DNA of 64,000 bases, taken from assembly GCA_964016885.1 (NCBI GenBank), contig OZ024740.1:212660001-212724000 (forward strand). Reading direction: 5' to 3'. Of this stretch, positions 11,745-23,236 are shown piece after piece. The DNA comes from Eledone cirrhosa (lineage: Eukaryota). Numbering within the stretch: position 1 is the first letter of the stretch; every line of letters starts with the position of its first letter. The notes beneath the pieces were generated by a model. It saw only the letters and a program-made list of their open reading frames with translations, did no database searches and was not told the DNA's origin. The translations under genes and the position numbers were made by a program.

Positions 11745-12029
11745 GAAATGATACGGAGACGTCACACATAGAGTTATACATAAATACAATCACATACACA
11801 AAACTACATATAGATACATGCATGTATGTGTCCAGTGGAAGTATAAACAGCTTGGAGCATGCAAAAATATGAATGAACACACGCAGATAACCACACACAC
11901 AACTACATATATACATACACATGCAACCACATGTGTTTCTTGGAGTCTATGACCTTGGTAGTATTATTAGTGGTAGTAGTGTTAATATAATATTACTACA
12001 ACATTAATAAAAGTTTATTTACTGTAGTA

Positions 12030-12073
<44 letters not shown>

Positions 12074-12074
<1 letters not shown>

Positions 12075-13557
12075 TGAGAAGGAGTTGGATGTGCTTGTTG
12101 ACACTGTCCGTATTTTCAGCAATGATATATGTATGCAATTTGGTATTAGTAAGTGTGGAGTCATTGTGATGAGGAGGGGTAAGTTGAGCAGAAGTAACGG
12201 AATCCAGGTACCAACAGGTGAGATGATAAAGGAAATTGACTCTGAAGAAGGATACAAGTATTTGGGCGTTCTGGAGGCTGATGACATCAAGAACAAAAAA
12301 ATGAAGGAATTGATAAGAACTGAATACATTCGGAGAGTAAGGAGCGTATTAAAGTCACATCTGAACAGTAGGAATGCCATAAGTGCAGTAAATTCCCGAG
12401 CTGTGTCTATTATTAGGTACAGTGCGGGAATTCTGAGATGGAATGTTGCTGAACAAAAAGAAATGGATAGGAAGACTAGGAAGCTATTGACTATCTACAA
12501 CATGTTCCACAAGAGGAGTGATGTCGATAGACTCTACTTAAGGAGATCTGAAGGTGGAAGAGGTCTTATCAGCATAGAGGACTGTGTTCAGGTGGAGAAA
12601 AACAACCTGCACAAATACGTGACTGGTAGTAAGGAGCCAATGCTCAGAACTGTACTGAAGGAGGGGACAATAGGCCAGGGGATGTCCAAGGAGGAAATAA
12701 CATCAAGGATAAAGAGCAGCCTTCAGGAAAAATCCCTTTATAGTACCTTCTTTGAGAAAACTAAATTTAGAGATCCACAGACATGGAACTGGTTGAAAAG
12801 AGGAGACCTTAAAAAGGCTACAGAAGAAGGAATGTTAATGGCTGCGCAGGAGCAGGCCCTCAAAACCAAGTGGTTGAAACACCACATTTACAAGGAGGCT
12901 AGCCCACTGTGCAGGATCTGTGAAGAGAGAGAGGAGACTGTGGCTCACATTGTATCCGAGTGTAAACACCTAGCCCAGACTCACTATAAGGGCTGGAGAC
13001 ATGATGTGATGGGCAGGGTGACCCACTGGCACCTATGCAAAGTAAACAATTTACCACATTCTGAGAAATGGTATGAGCATAAGCCAGAGGCGGTGATAGA
13101 AAACGATCAGGTGAAGGTGCTGTGGGATTTTAGGATACAGATGGACAAGAAACTGGAACACAATAGACCTGACCTGGTGGTTGTGGACAAAGAAAAAAGA
13201 TCGTGCCTGATTGTGGATGTGGCCTGCCCATTCGACACGAGAGTGCAAGAGAAGGAGAGGGAGAAAATTAACCGATACCAGGACTTAAAGTGGGAAGTAA
13301 AAAGGATTTGGAACTGCCATGAAGTCAAAGTGATCCCGATTGTCATAGGCGCACTAGGGACTATCTCAAAATGTTTCCAGGGATGGTTAAAGAAAATTGG
13401 CCCCTTCACGCTTTTTGGAATGCTTCAAAAGGCATGCTTGCTGGGAACAGCAAGAACCCTCTGATACGTCCTGAATATCTGAGGCTGCAGGTAGTGGCTT
13501 GATATTCATTTCAACAAACTTTCCAGTTAACTAACATCAATGACTGAGACTCAAAGA
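12074..13557 (+). mobile_element. 5'-truncated R4/Dong-clade LINE: RT C-terminus, CCHC zinc knuckle and restriction-like endonuclease, inserted in (TAA)n
   Basis: Open 459-aa ORF with YKYLG, GGRGL, CRICEEREETVAHIVSEC, RHD and RPDLVVVD...IVDVACP...EKINRYQDL (PD-D/ExK). Flanked on both sides by (AAT)n (12030-12073, 13558-13605), the known Dong-type target. Confidence 0.92.
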
Positions 13558-13689
13558 GTAATAACAACAATAATAATAATAATAATAATAACAGCAACAA
13601 TAATAAAAAAAAGAACAGAAAGGGTAGGGGATGGCAAGAGCTCTGGTGTCGCAGAAGAGAGGGGAGGAATGTAGGGGGAGGGTGATTGG

Positions 13690-13897
13690 ACTTTGGGCCT
13701 AGGGCAAGGGGACAGACCACAAAAGCATTCCCGCGATCGATGGCCAGCATCACCTGCAGCAACAGCCACCCAGCCTCGCGTGGCTCCTGTTCAGATGGGC
13801 CACCGAAGTTCCGATCTCGCGAAGGTGCTCGGCTGTACAGGGTCAAAGTATGCCTAAGGTCTTGACGGTGACCAGCGCGAAGTGGAAGGCACCGTAC
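13690..13897 (-). pseudogene. C-terminal relic of a CRE-clade-like LINE
   Basis: YGAFHFALVTVKTLGIL...EPREAGWLLLQVMLAIDRGNAFVV resembles the CRE C-terminal ET.G...S+A+QRGNA signature. Confidence 0.55.
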
Positions 13898-14499
13898 CTG
13901 GTTAGAAAAGAATGTGTTAAGCTTATAGGGTTTGAAATGTTAGTGAAAATTGCAAAGTTATATGGTACCATTTGAAGAATAGAAATAACATGTGTATGCT
14001 TATCAATATTAAGAGTCATGATAATGAGAGAACGGAAAGTGTTCAAATTATAATTCATATTGCAAATCATCATGTACTCTTAAAATGAGTGGTAATAACA
14101 TCTGCATACTAATCTATATTAAGAATGGCAGTTGTAATTTACTTATCACAGTTTGTATTGACGTTTATGAGTGAAAGAAGTTAGGTTGGAGATAGTTGGT
14201 CCTTAAGAAAACCAGGAACATATTATATCACATGTGTAAAATAGATGGTGCAGAGGTAGAAACCCAGAGAGCAAAATGTGTAGATACCCAAGATTGGACT
14301 CTGCCAATGAAGATCTCACTAAATAGATAGTAGTTCAGAGACGTAGAGTAGAATTAAGGAAGTGAGAAAAAGGGCAAATCCTAGGCAAAGGAAGGCATGG
14401 GCCCAACCAATATGTTAATGTGGCTATAGGATATGTTTAGATGTTAGTAGAGACATGAAGAGATAGAAGCAGTGAGTGGAGGTGGAGTATCTGGGACTC

Positions 14500-17125
14500 G
14501 GTGTGGTAGGGTTGCTATCCATATAACTTGAAAAAAGTTCCCATCCTTAGGTGTTGACATACACCAAAGAAATCTGCTCTACGATTGATTATTTTAATTC
14601 CACCCCTAAGTATTTTGAGGGTCTCACTCAGACAGTGGCTGCAAATGCCAGACCTGCCTGTCTGGGAGTACCTCCCTAACCTTGGATCAGACCAAAGAGT
14701 ACGGGGTCTTGTCCAGTTTGAGCTTCTAGATCAGTTAGAAAACGGGCGTACTTTTCCGTTTATCGACCCCATTAAAGGAGTGGCAGTGATTATACCACTT
14801 GTCCTTGAAGCTCTGTGACGTTGCTCCTATTTATATATGTGTGGAGTTGATGGTAGTAACCCTGCATTGGTAAACTAAGTTTTTCACCAGGCATTTATTG
14901 CTAAGGGTGCATGAGGCAGGGTTTCTGCAGTTACATGATGTGGTCAACACCTGTGTATTTACTGCAGGGAACCCTGTGGGTAGGTTGGAGTGGTCTACTC
15001 CTGTGACTTGCACAAAGTCCCTGGGTAGATCAGTGTTACTCGGGTCAGTCCCGGGCCTAATGTTTTCCCTGTCCAGACTCTGCTGGGTGTTTAGAGAATC
15101 AGCTGGTGCCTGTCTAAAGGTCCCAAGTTTATTCCTATTGATGTTAGCTATGGGCTGGGATATGCTGCATGGGGGATTGTGAGACACTGTGTGGCTATAA
15201 AAATGTTTATGGTGCTTGAGGGTTTTTGAGAAGCATTTATCTAGCACCCTAGAGAACAAACGAGCCAGGCTGGTTTGCAGACCCACAGAGTATGGTGGGT
15301 TATACCAGTTTATTTTTCTATGTCTAGGTCTATGTGTATGGGCTGGGTAAGCATCAGGCCATTAGGGAGCTGGTGGGGCCCTATGGCTTCTATCACTGCT
15401 GCTGCCTCATTGCGTGGTACGGTTCCTGCTTGCTCTTCAGTCCCCATTCGTGGGGTAATGCTGGCCCTCACTGGGGTTTCCATGCTAGAGTATTCCACCG
15501 TCCATCCCAGTCGGTGTCTTGTGGTTGGGGACGCAGGAGCTGGGGTAGTTTGTATCAGCATTAGTCACTTCCAAGGTATCGTGTTTATTCTCACGCCAGG
15601 GTGTATGTGCGTTTCCCACAGGCATGGTGGTGCTAGGTCCTGGGAGTTTGGTGCAGTAGCCTCGACTCTCCCTGTATTTAGTCGGTTTTTTCCCCTTCCA
15701 GAGACTAGTTGCCGGATTTCCTTGGAAGGAATCTCTATCATGACCCCAGGGTTTTAACTAATATTTTGACCAAAGCTATATTCAGCATTATTATTGAAAA
15801 TCTCCTGGCTGGCAGATAAATTGGAGATTCTATCCGAGACACTCTTGAGAGAATTAATTGATCTAGGGTGGTTGGGCATATACTAACTTTTCATTTGATT
15901 TGTCGTAGGGGTAGTATAGTTTAGTATTGAGGTATAGGGTGATGTCTAAAAAGTTAACCATTTTCCTACGAGGGTCTATTTTTATTCTAAGTACTAATTT
16001 TTTAAAGAAGTGTCTAATTCTCCTCTTCCTTCTCCCTACCATAATAGTGCTGTAGTTAGAGGCAGTGAAGAAGGCATCATCGCGGTATAAACCGTCACTG
16101 AGGTTGAGGATTTCCCCCTTAATTTGTTTAAGTATGAAAAGCCCAATCAGGTTCGTTATCTACGCAGAGTCCCTGGAGCCCATAGTGATATCAAAGACGT
16201 TAGATTTATCACTCCTGGTCCAGAGTTCTTCACTGAAGCGGATCATGGTCTTTCTCGTGACATGGATGATTCCTATTTCTTCACAGGTTAGGTCAGTGTT
16301 ACTCATTGTAAACATAAGGGCCTTGTTTATAACTATGGGTGAGATTGAAGATAGTGGCTAGCAATATCCAGTTGGATAAAGCTAGACCTCTTCTCTGGTA
16401 ATAGTGTAAACCACTCTATCACTTCACTAGTACAGGACTATAGTTGTAACATAGTTTTTTTTCTTAATTGTTGGCAGAATCCTATCAAATATGTTTTTGC
16501 TGATTACTCCAATATCAAACTTTGAATGAGCTCTTAGTCTAGCCGGGAGTTCAGATTCAAAATTCAGCTTATGGTCTTTAATGATAATCCCTGGCTCCCA
16601 AGTCTGGTACAGTGCCATCCTATCATTGATTCTGAGTCTGGATACTATGTCATTTGTCTTGGCATTGATGTCCTCTGGGGCTACTCCAGAGGTTTTCTTG
16701 TAACTCTTCCTCAGTTCCCTGAGAATTAGGTTGCTGTATAGGTCCATGCTGTAGAGGTTGTTGGTTTTGTCAGGATGGATAAATATTCCAGCCAACTCTC
16801 TTAGTTTGGTGATCCTGTTTTCTAGGCTCTTCAGGTACTCACAACCCCAGTATGGGCAACCAGAGAATATAATGAGATGATGCAAATCATCTCATTTTCA
16901 AACTCCTTCAGTAGCCTATTAGGGCAAGGATTTCTCCTTGATTTAAACAAGTACTCCAATTTACGTGGGTTGGTAACAATGGGCGTCCTCCTATGAGTGA
17001 ATCAGTTTTTTCAATGAGAATCCTGGTGTAATCCGGTTTGCCTGGTAAAGGGATATCCTTCAGTGATGCTAGTGTGGCAAGTTTATCCATTGTGACTTTA
17101 GTCTGCTGCTGTATGAAGCGTTCAA
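14500..17125 (-). mobile_element. Decayed Penelope-like element (RT plus GIY-YIG, Naiad-like Cys linker)
   Basis: Fragments PDKTNNLYSM, IIKDHKLNF...PARL, LYRDD (complement at 16077-16091), VNFLDITL, SCNCRNPASCTLSNKCLVKNLVYQC...YIG, and C..C.E near 14640. Many stops. Confidence 0.8.
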
Positions 17126-17175
17126 CAAGGTATTGAGCAAATATATATATACGTGTATATCATTATCATATGTGC

Positions 17176-17251
<76 letters not shown>

Positions 17252-17254
<3 letters not shown>

Positions 17255-18310
17255 AATGCAAACAATGCAAACAAATGGTACACAAGAGATGTAGCGGGAT
17301 CTCAGGAAGCTTAATTAAGAATGTAGGCTTCACATGCAGCAGCTGTGCTGGGACAGCAAGCAGCAAACAGCCACAGGAAACAAGTACCACCAATCTCTGG
17401 GAGGGCTCTGTAGAAACAGTAGACAGCTTCTGCTACCTAGGTGACCGAATTAGCAGTGGAGGTGGGTGTTCAGAAAGTACAATAACTAGGGTAAGAATGG
17501 GATGGAAGAAGTTTAGGGAACTACTACCACTGCTAGCTGCAAAAGGCTTCTCCCTCAAAATGAAAGGCAGACTGTATGATGCGTGTATCCGAACAGCGAT
17601 GTTGCATGGTAGTGAGACCTGGGCACTGAAGGTGGAAGATTTACGTAGATTAGAGAGAAACGAAGCCTGCATGTTCCGATGGATGTGTAATAGTAATATA
17701 CACGAACGACAAAGCATAAATGAATTGAGAGAGAGACTGAGCATAAGAGGAATCAAATGCTGTGTGCAGGAGAGGCGGTTGCGTTGGTATGGACATGTGA
17801 TGCGTATGAAGGATGACAGCTGCATAAAAAGGTGCACAGCACTAGAACTCGATGGAAACCGCGGAGTGGGGAGACCCAAGATGACCTGGGATGAGATGAT
17901 AAAAGCCGACCTTATCCAATTACACCTCTCAAAGGCGATGACACACGACCGTGACCTCTGGTTGTCACGCAGTAATACAGAGTACCCGACCTCCCATGGG
18001 TACAAGCTGAAGCATATAGACAATATGCCACCACACCCTCCCACTGCAAGGTGGTCGTGGAGGTGCCACGGCAAAAAAGCACCCAGCCCACACTGTAAAG
18101 TGGACGTGTAGGCGCCACGAAAAAGTACCCAGCACTCACTGTAAATGAGGTTGGCGTTAGGAAGGGCATCCAGCTGTAGAAATCAAGCCAAATCAGTTCC
18201 TGTATGAGCAAGGCATGGTCAGCCGACCAGACACTGCCCACAACAGGACAACCCGTCTAACCCATGCTAGCGTGGAAGAACGGATGTAAAACGGTGATGA
18301 TGATGATGAT
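17252..18310 (+). mobile_element. 5'-truncated PHD-RTE LINE of a diverged subfamily
   Basis: Starts at (TA)n within the PHD (CKQCKQMVHKRC...CSSC), then CYLG, LHGSETW, RRLRWYGHV, GRPKMTW. The 3' UTR has 48-bp modules and a (GAT)n tail. Confidence 0.9.
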
Positions 18311-18329
18311 ATATGTATTATGCTGGTAC

Positions 18330-18500
18330 CAGAAACATGCAGCCCACACTGAAAAGTGATCGTGTAGGTGTCATGATACAAAGCACCCAGCACACACTGT
18401 CATTGTGGTTAGCATTAGGAAGGGCATCCTGCCTCGAATTGGGACAAACTTGTCTAACCCATTGCTAGCGTGGAAGATAGAAGTTACTCAATGATGATGA
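18330..18500 (+). mobile_element. Extra RTE 3'-UTR/tail fragment
   Basis: CACACTG...GTAGGTGTCATGA...AGGAAGGGCATCC...GCTAGCGTGGAAG...GATGATGA. Confidence 0.7.
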
Positions 18501-18829
18501 GGAATTAAAATCGAGTACGTGTTGATTAATCACCTACACTTCAGTATGTAATTTTCACTAACATTCCAATACCCTATAAGCTTAACACATTCTTTTATTA
18601 CCAGTAGTAGTATTATATTAACACTACTACAAATACTACAACTACCTAGGCCACAGAGGCCAACAAACTCTAATAACAAGTATATTTTATTTATGGAATA
18701 TATTATGTAAATACAGTTTAATAGAAAAAGAAGGAAAAACCAGAAAACTTAGATTGAGAAAAATGGAATATAAAATAGGAAAATATAAAGAAAAAGGTTA
18801 TTATTGGCTGCTAAAAACAACCTCAACCA

Positions 18830-19090
18830 GTTGAGCTGATTCCAGGACAATGAAGTCACTAAGAAATTTAATAGACTCCAAGTACAAGTCACTCTCCGAC
18901 AGGTTTGCGGTCATGCCCTTGGCAGTGGAGACTTCTGGTGTCCTTGGCCCTAGGGATAACTCCCTACTCACCACCATAGGCATTGAGCTGGCTAGCTGTA
19001 GGTGTGAGCCTCACAAGATGGAATGGCTCTTCCAGTGCATCTCTGTTTCCATCCTCTGGGGAAATGCCTTCTCCATTCTGTCCGCCGGGG
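18830..19090 (+). pseudogene. C-terminal relic of a CRE-clade-like LINE (restriction-like endonuclease end)
   Basis: KYKSLSDRFAVMPLAVETSGVLGP...EWLFQCISVSILWGNAFSIL matches the K Y...F.P+A+ET.G..GP...L.QRIS+A+.RGNA signature. Confidence 0.65.
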
Positions 19091-20064
19091 CTGTGGGACG
19101 GCCAGCACGTAGGACCCCATTTGCTCACTATACAGAGAGATGGGGAGGGCGAGAAAGATGGAGGCGATGGCAGTGGGAGTTCGGCTCTTCAGTGTTCAGA
19201 CACATTGCACCTGTCATATTTAATAGCCTTGTTATTGAAATAGTGAAGCTAAATCTAACCAATGAGAAAGGGGTTAATTCTTTTCTTATAGCTTAACAGT
19301 TTATTCAGCTATAAGAAAAGAATGTGAAAAGCATCTGGTCATTATATTTCACTAGTATTTTATTCACCAAAAGTGTTCTTTTGAAATGGAATCAGCAGGA
19401 GGGCACTTTCACAAGCCCCTTCTAAAACACTCCTTACACACCCATCAGTATTACCTCTAGGGAACAAATCTGACCATCACAACCGCCTCCCTCACTCCCA
19501 ACACCACTCTCAATCTATTATCTTACTTTTACCATTGACTATTTTCTTTCACCTTTTCTGTATATATATGCTTTAATTCTTTTAAATCTTCATCAAAACT
19601 CCTTCACTCCCACCCTCATTAACCCCCCCCCCCCTCACCCCCAGGAAAGTTAACCAGGAATCTTTAAAAAAAACTCCCCACCGAAGTTAACAAAGAACTT
19701 ACTAGATCTACAAACAAAATTGTAAAATTATAATATTATAAAATTAAATTGTTTAGAATTACAAATGAAGTCATTCTTTTCCTTTTTTCAAATATACCTA
19801 AATGTACCAAGGATTTCAAACATTTTCAATATATATATCATCATCATCGTTTAACGTCTATCGTCCACGCCAGCATATATATATGTATATATATATATTA
19901 GATGCCTCATAAGTGCAGTTGATTTTATTTTAAATTCCACAGGACACAACATGAAAATAATACACTAGAGTGAAAAAGAGAGAATAAAATGAAATAAAGA
20001 TAATAAGAATAAAGGTTTAAAATAATAACCTAATCCTTAATTTACAAAGCAGCAATATGTTTAA

Positions 20065-20274
20065 CCCTTTAGTTACTGTCCTGGTCAAAACCAGCTCTAT
20101 GAAATAAAACCACCCATTTTAAAGGTTATCTATTTGAATTAAAATCTTCCAACATAATTTATATAAGAACCTTACTTTAAATTACTATCTTAGATTTAAT
20201 AATTTTAGTAAATCCCTCAAAATTCTTCATTAATTAATAGAGTGTATTCCATTAGAAATGTGGTCATGAAAGGG
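20065..20274. mobile_element. TTAA-flanked piggyBac-like MITE
   Basis: TTAA-CCCTTT...AAAGGG-TTAA ends. A related decayed copy ends at 6123. Confidence 0.55.
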
Positions 20275-20359
20275 TTAAATCTGTTAAGAAAAAATATCAA
20301 TGAGAATGCTTGACATGATTAAAAATATATGAATAAAATACAGTAGTTGGGCCAAAATT

Positions 20360-20574
20360 TACCATATCATCATTATCGTCATACTTGAATATAAACTGAG
20401 GAATATGTGACCAAAATATCGATGGTAAAAGGCTTATATTTGGGGTCAGTATGTTCAGGATTTTCACAAACTTCAAATTCTATGTAAATATCTTTGGATT
20501 TGGCCCATTTCTCAGACATAAAATAGTGGGGTTGACTTATATTCATAACAGCTTATATTCGAGTATATACAGTA
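20360..20574. mobile_element. Decayed Tc1/pogo-type MITE
   Basis: Right end CTTATATTCGAGTATATACAGTA; degenerate left end with ATACTTGAATATAA. Confidence 0.4.
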
Positions 20575-20689
20575 ATATAAGAGATTTCAACAAAGTCCAG
20601 AAAGAAATAATTAAGTAGATTATTAAATAGATAAGCTAATATTGTGAAATTCAAGAGAAATAAAAGAAGCAGGAAGAAAATAAGTTAAA

Positions 20690-20980
20690 CATCATCATCA
20701 TTTTTACATCCATTTGTCCATGCTTGCATGGGTTGGACGGGTCCTTCTCAGCACAGCATCTCTCCACTTGTCGCATTCCTTCCTCATCTTCTTTGCCAGC
20801 CTTAGCAATTTGAGATCTGCTCTCACAGCCTCTACCCAGGTATTTTTTGGTCGTCCTCAATTGTGGCTTCCTTCTACTGTAATTACCTGGCATTTCTTCA
20901 CACATAGATCATTGTCCATGCATATCACATATCCATACCAATGCAGTCTTCTCTCCTGTACACCATCTTGGATTCCTCTT
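20690..20980 (-). mobile_element. RTE LINE 3' fragment
   Basis: Minus strand encodes RRLHWYGYV...RRKPQL and ends CCCATGCAAGCATGGACAAATGGATGTAAAA followed by (GAT)n. Confidence 0.75.
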
Positions 20981-21188
20981 TAACCCAAACATAATTTTTA
21001 AAAATATCTGCAGCAAAGTTTAAAGTTGGAATATGAATAATGACAATTGGAAGGATTGAAAGGTTAAAGAATTTTAAATATTTCTATCTGAAACAATATT
21101 AGAATACATAAATTTTGTTTGTAAAAATTTGTAAGGTAAACAAAAATACAATTTGTTTTTTTCCAATAGTAAAGAGTGGACTCATTAA

Positions 21189-21411
21189 CCCTTCAACATT
21201 TACATTACTCTCTATGTATACTATTATATTTTCATAGCAAAGGTTTTACTTCACATAATTATCTCACATAATATCGAATCTACGAGATTTTGATATTATT
21301 TATTTTGAGAACAATACCTTAACACCCGTATGAGGGGCCGGTTACAGTTGATTTCAACTGAAAAGGGAGAGAGAATTCTGGCCGGATATGGCCGATTTAA
21401 ATGCTAAAGGG
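21189..21411. mobile_element. TTAA-flanked piggyBac-like MITE just downstream of the host gene stop
   Basis: TTAA-CCCTTCAACATTTA...TAAATGCTAAAGGG-TTAA. An inverted copy lies at 36621-36840. Confidence 0.65.
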
Positions 21412-21557
21412 TTAAACAGAGGGAAAATCTAAAACAAGAAAAGAAAACTGAACAAAGATAATTTATGTTACCATGGAAAGTTGTTGTGGGTTAATAGGAT
21501 GATGATGTCTCAATACACTTTTATACAAATCTTTTTCTAAACATATATACATATCAA

Positions 21558-22493
21558 TTATGTTGGTTTCTTCCCAGTTTCATAACATACATAACCTAAT
21601 TTAAACCAACCTGATTTATAAAGTTGAAGCTGTGTTTTGGGTTTTTCTTTGTCAACATACATTCCATATATGATTTGCTGATCTGTACTTATAACTTTCA
21701 GGGACAAAGCTTTCTTAACAAAGTTCAAATACTCTTGTGTAAATTTGTACAAAACATCATATTTGCCAAGGTTAGAAGCACCACCCACCCATACCATATT
21801 GTGATAAACAATGTCTTTATGGGTTACATCCTTCTTAAAGTTATATACATAGCTATAGGCAACCTTGTTATCATCAAAATCTTTAGGAACTGACAATTTA
21901 AACCTAGAATTATCATGGAGTGATCTGAAAAGTCCAATATCTAACCACATAAAGTATTTAGTGTGAAAATAGTTCTTTCTTATAATTTGGTTAAGTAACT
22001 CAAATTTTGCATGCATGGCACAAGAGTAATCTGGCAGAATTGTATTGGGAAGATGTTTTGGGTAACCAGGCTGACTATATATATCAGAAATATTTTTTTT
22101 TATCTGAAATGACCACAATTCTTTCTTATCTATCAGAAATAACTTGGTTTGTTCTTTGGAAAATCTGCTCCTCATCTTTTGAAAGGACTTATATGTAGTT
22201 TCATCATCAGTATAAACAATTATATTATTAGTGATGTTAGCAAATACAGACATCCATTTGTAATATGTGCTGGGTTTACGTGAATTTCCAGGACTTCCTT
22301 TTGAGAAGTGTCCTATATTGAAATATGCAGTCAATATTGTGATTTCATTGGAAAGGTTCATGGTATTTTTTGGAAGATCTTTTTCAAAGGGGAGAATGTT
22401 TTCTTTGATTGAAGATATTTCTAAAGATATTTTCGTAACATTTGGTGTTATGATTGCTATATTCAAGTTATCTACTACTTTCGTCTGATGATC
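21558..22493 (-). CDS. Last coding exon of an HtrL/YibB-like (glycosyltransferase-like) type II membrane protein
   Basis: Intact 311-codon frame in non-repetitive sequence. Motifs ITILTAYFNIG, YYKW, IIVYTDDE, PDYSCAMHAKFELL, TKYFMWLDIG, WVGGA, STDQQIIY are characteristic of the HtrL/YibB family. Acceptor TATTTTACAG|GAT at 22494/22493, phase 0; TAA stop at 21558. Confidence 0.85.
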   Translation of the reverse strand, partial: DHQTKVVDNLNIAIITPNVTKISLEISSIKENILPFEKDLPKNTMNLSNEITILTAYFNIGHFSKGSPGNSRKPSTYYKWMSVFANITNNIIVYTDDETTYKSFQKMRSRFSKEQTKLFLIDKKELWSFQIKKNISDIYSQPGYPKHLPNTILPDYSCAMHAKFELLNQIIRKNYFHTKYFMWLDIGLFRSLHDNSRFKLSVPKDFDDNKVAYSYVYNFKKDVTHKDIVYHNMVWVGGASNLGKYDVLYKFTQEYLNFVKKALSLKVISTDQQIIYGMYVDKEKPKTQLQLYKSGWFKLGYVCYETGKKPT

Positions 22494-23236
22494 CTGTAAA
22501 ATACATTATATAGCAAATTACATTAAGAGATGGTATAATAGAAAAATAATACAAAATAGATTATATTTTATATGTTGTATTCCTTACTATAGGAATAACA
22601 AAATATATTTATAAAACAAAGAAATGACTAGTGAAAATATCATGGACAAAATTATTTATAAACCAAAGAAATGTTTACAAATAATTATGAAAAAGTGTGA
22701 ATTATTGGAGCTAAATGTAACAAAGAAATCTATGTAACAAATATATCTGGCCTTTATCAAAATCTGTTACATGATGAAATAGAGAAAACTAAATTTTTTA
22801 AATAATTACACTGAAATTAAAGAAATCTTTCAATAAGCACGAAACATTATCATCTCTGTAATGACAATATCAAAAATAATCAAGTGACTTTCTCGTGATT
22901 TGGATCAAGGTATGAGGTGGGCTGAAAAGTTCATAGGCTGACTATGAAGAAGTAATGCTTCTTCAATTGCATTACTTGAAGGTCATGACACAGGATCTAG
23001 ATCTCTGGTGTTATGCAGTAATACAGAAACCCAACTTTACACGACTTGAAGCATGCATCCTGTACACACTACCTTCACCCTACCCCCTCCTCTTACATTC
23101 ACCGCCATGTCCTAACATGCTTCTCTCCATCAAAGTTCCTCCCATCTCTTAACACCCTGTCTATGCCAGTACACTCTTCCCCCTCACACATGCCCCTATA
23201 TCTACCTCTCCAATCTCCATTCCTCCCACCCAAGTC

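Noticed and set aside
17433-18074. Long antisense ORFs over LINEs (also 10359-10859, 28034-28534, 39864-40256)
   Set aside because: These are shadow frames of RT coding sequence with no independent motifs.
21558-22466. Bacterial contamination, or a single-exon gene starting at TTG
   Set aside because: The frame extends to a canonical splice acceptor, phase-compatible upstream exons exist, and the flanks are host repeats.
22911-23050. Mariner-like left terminus (TATGAGGTGGGCTGAAAAGTT)
   Set aside because: No matching right end or transposase was found; too weak to list as a feature.
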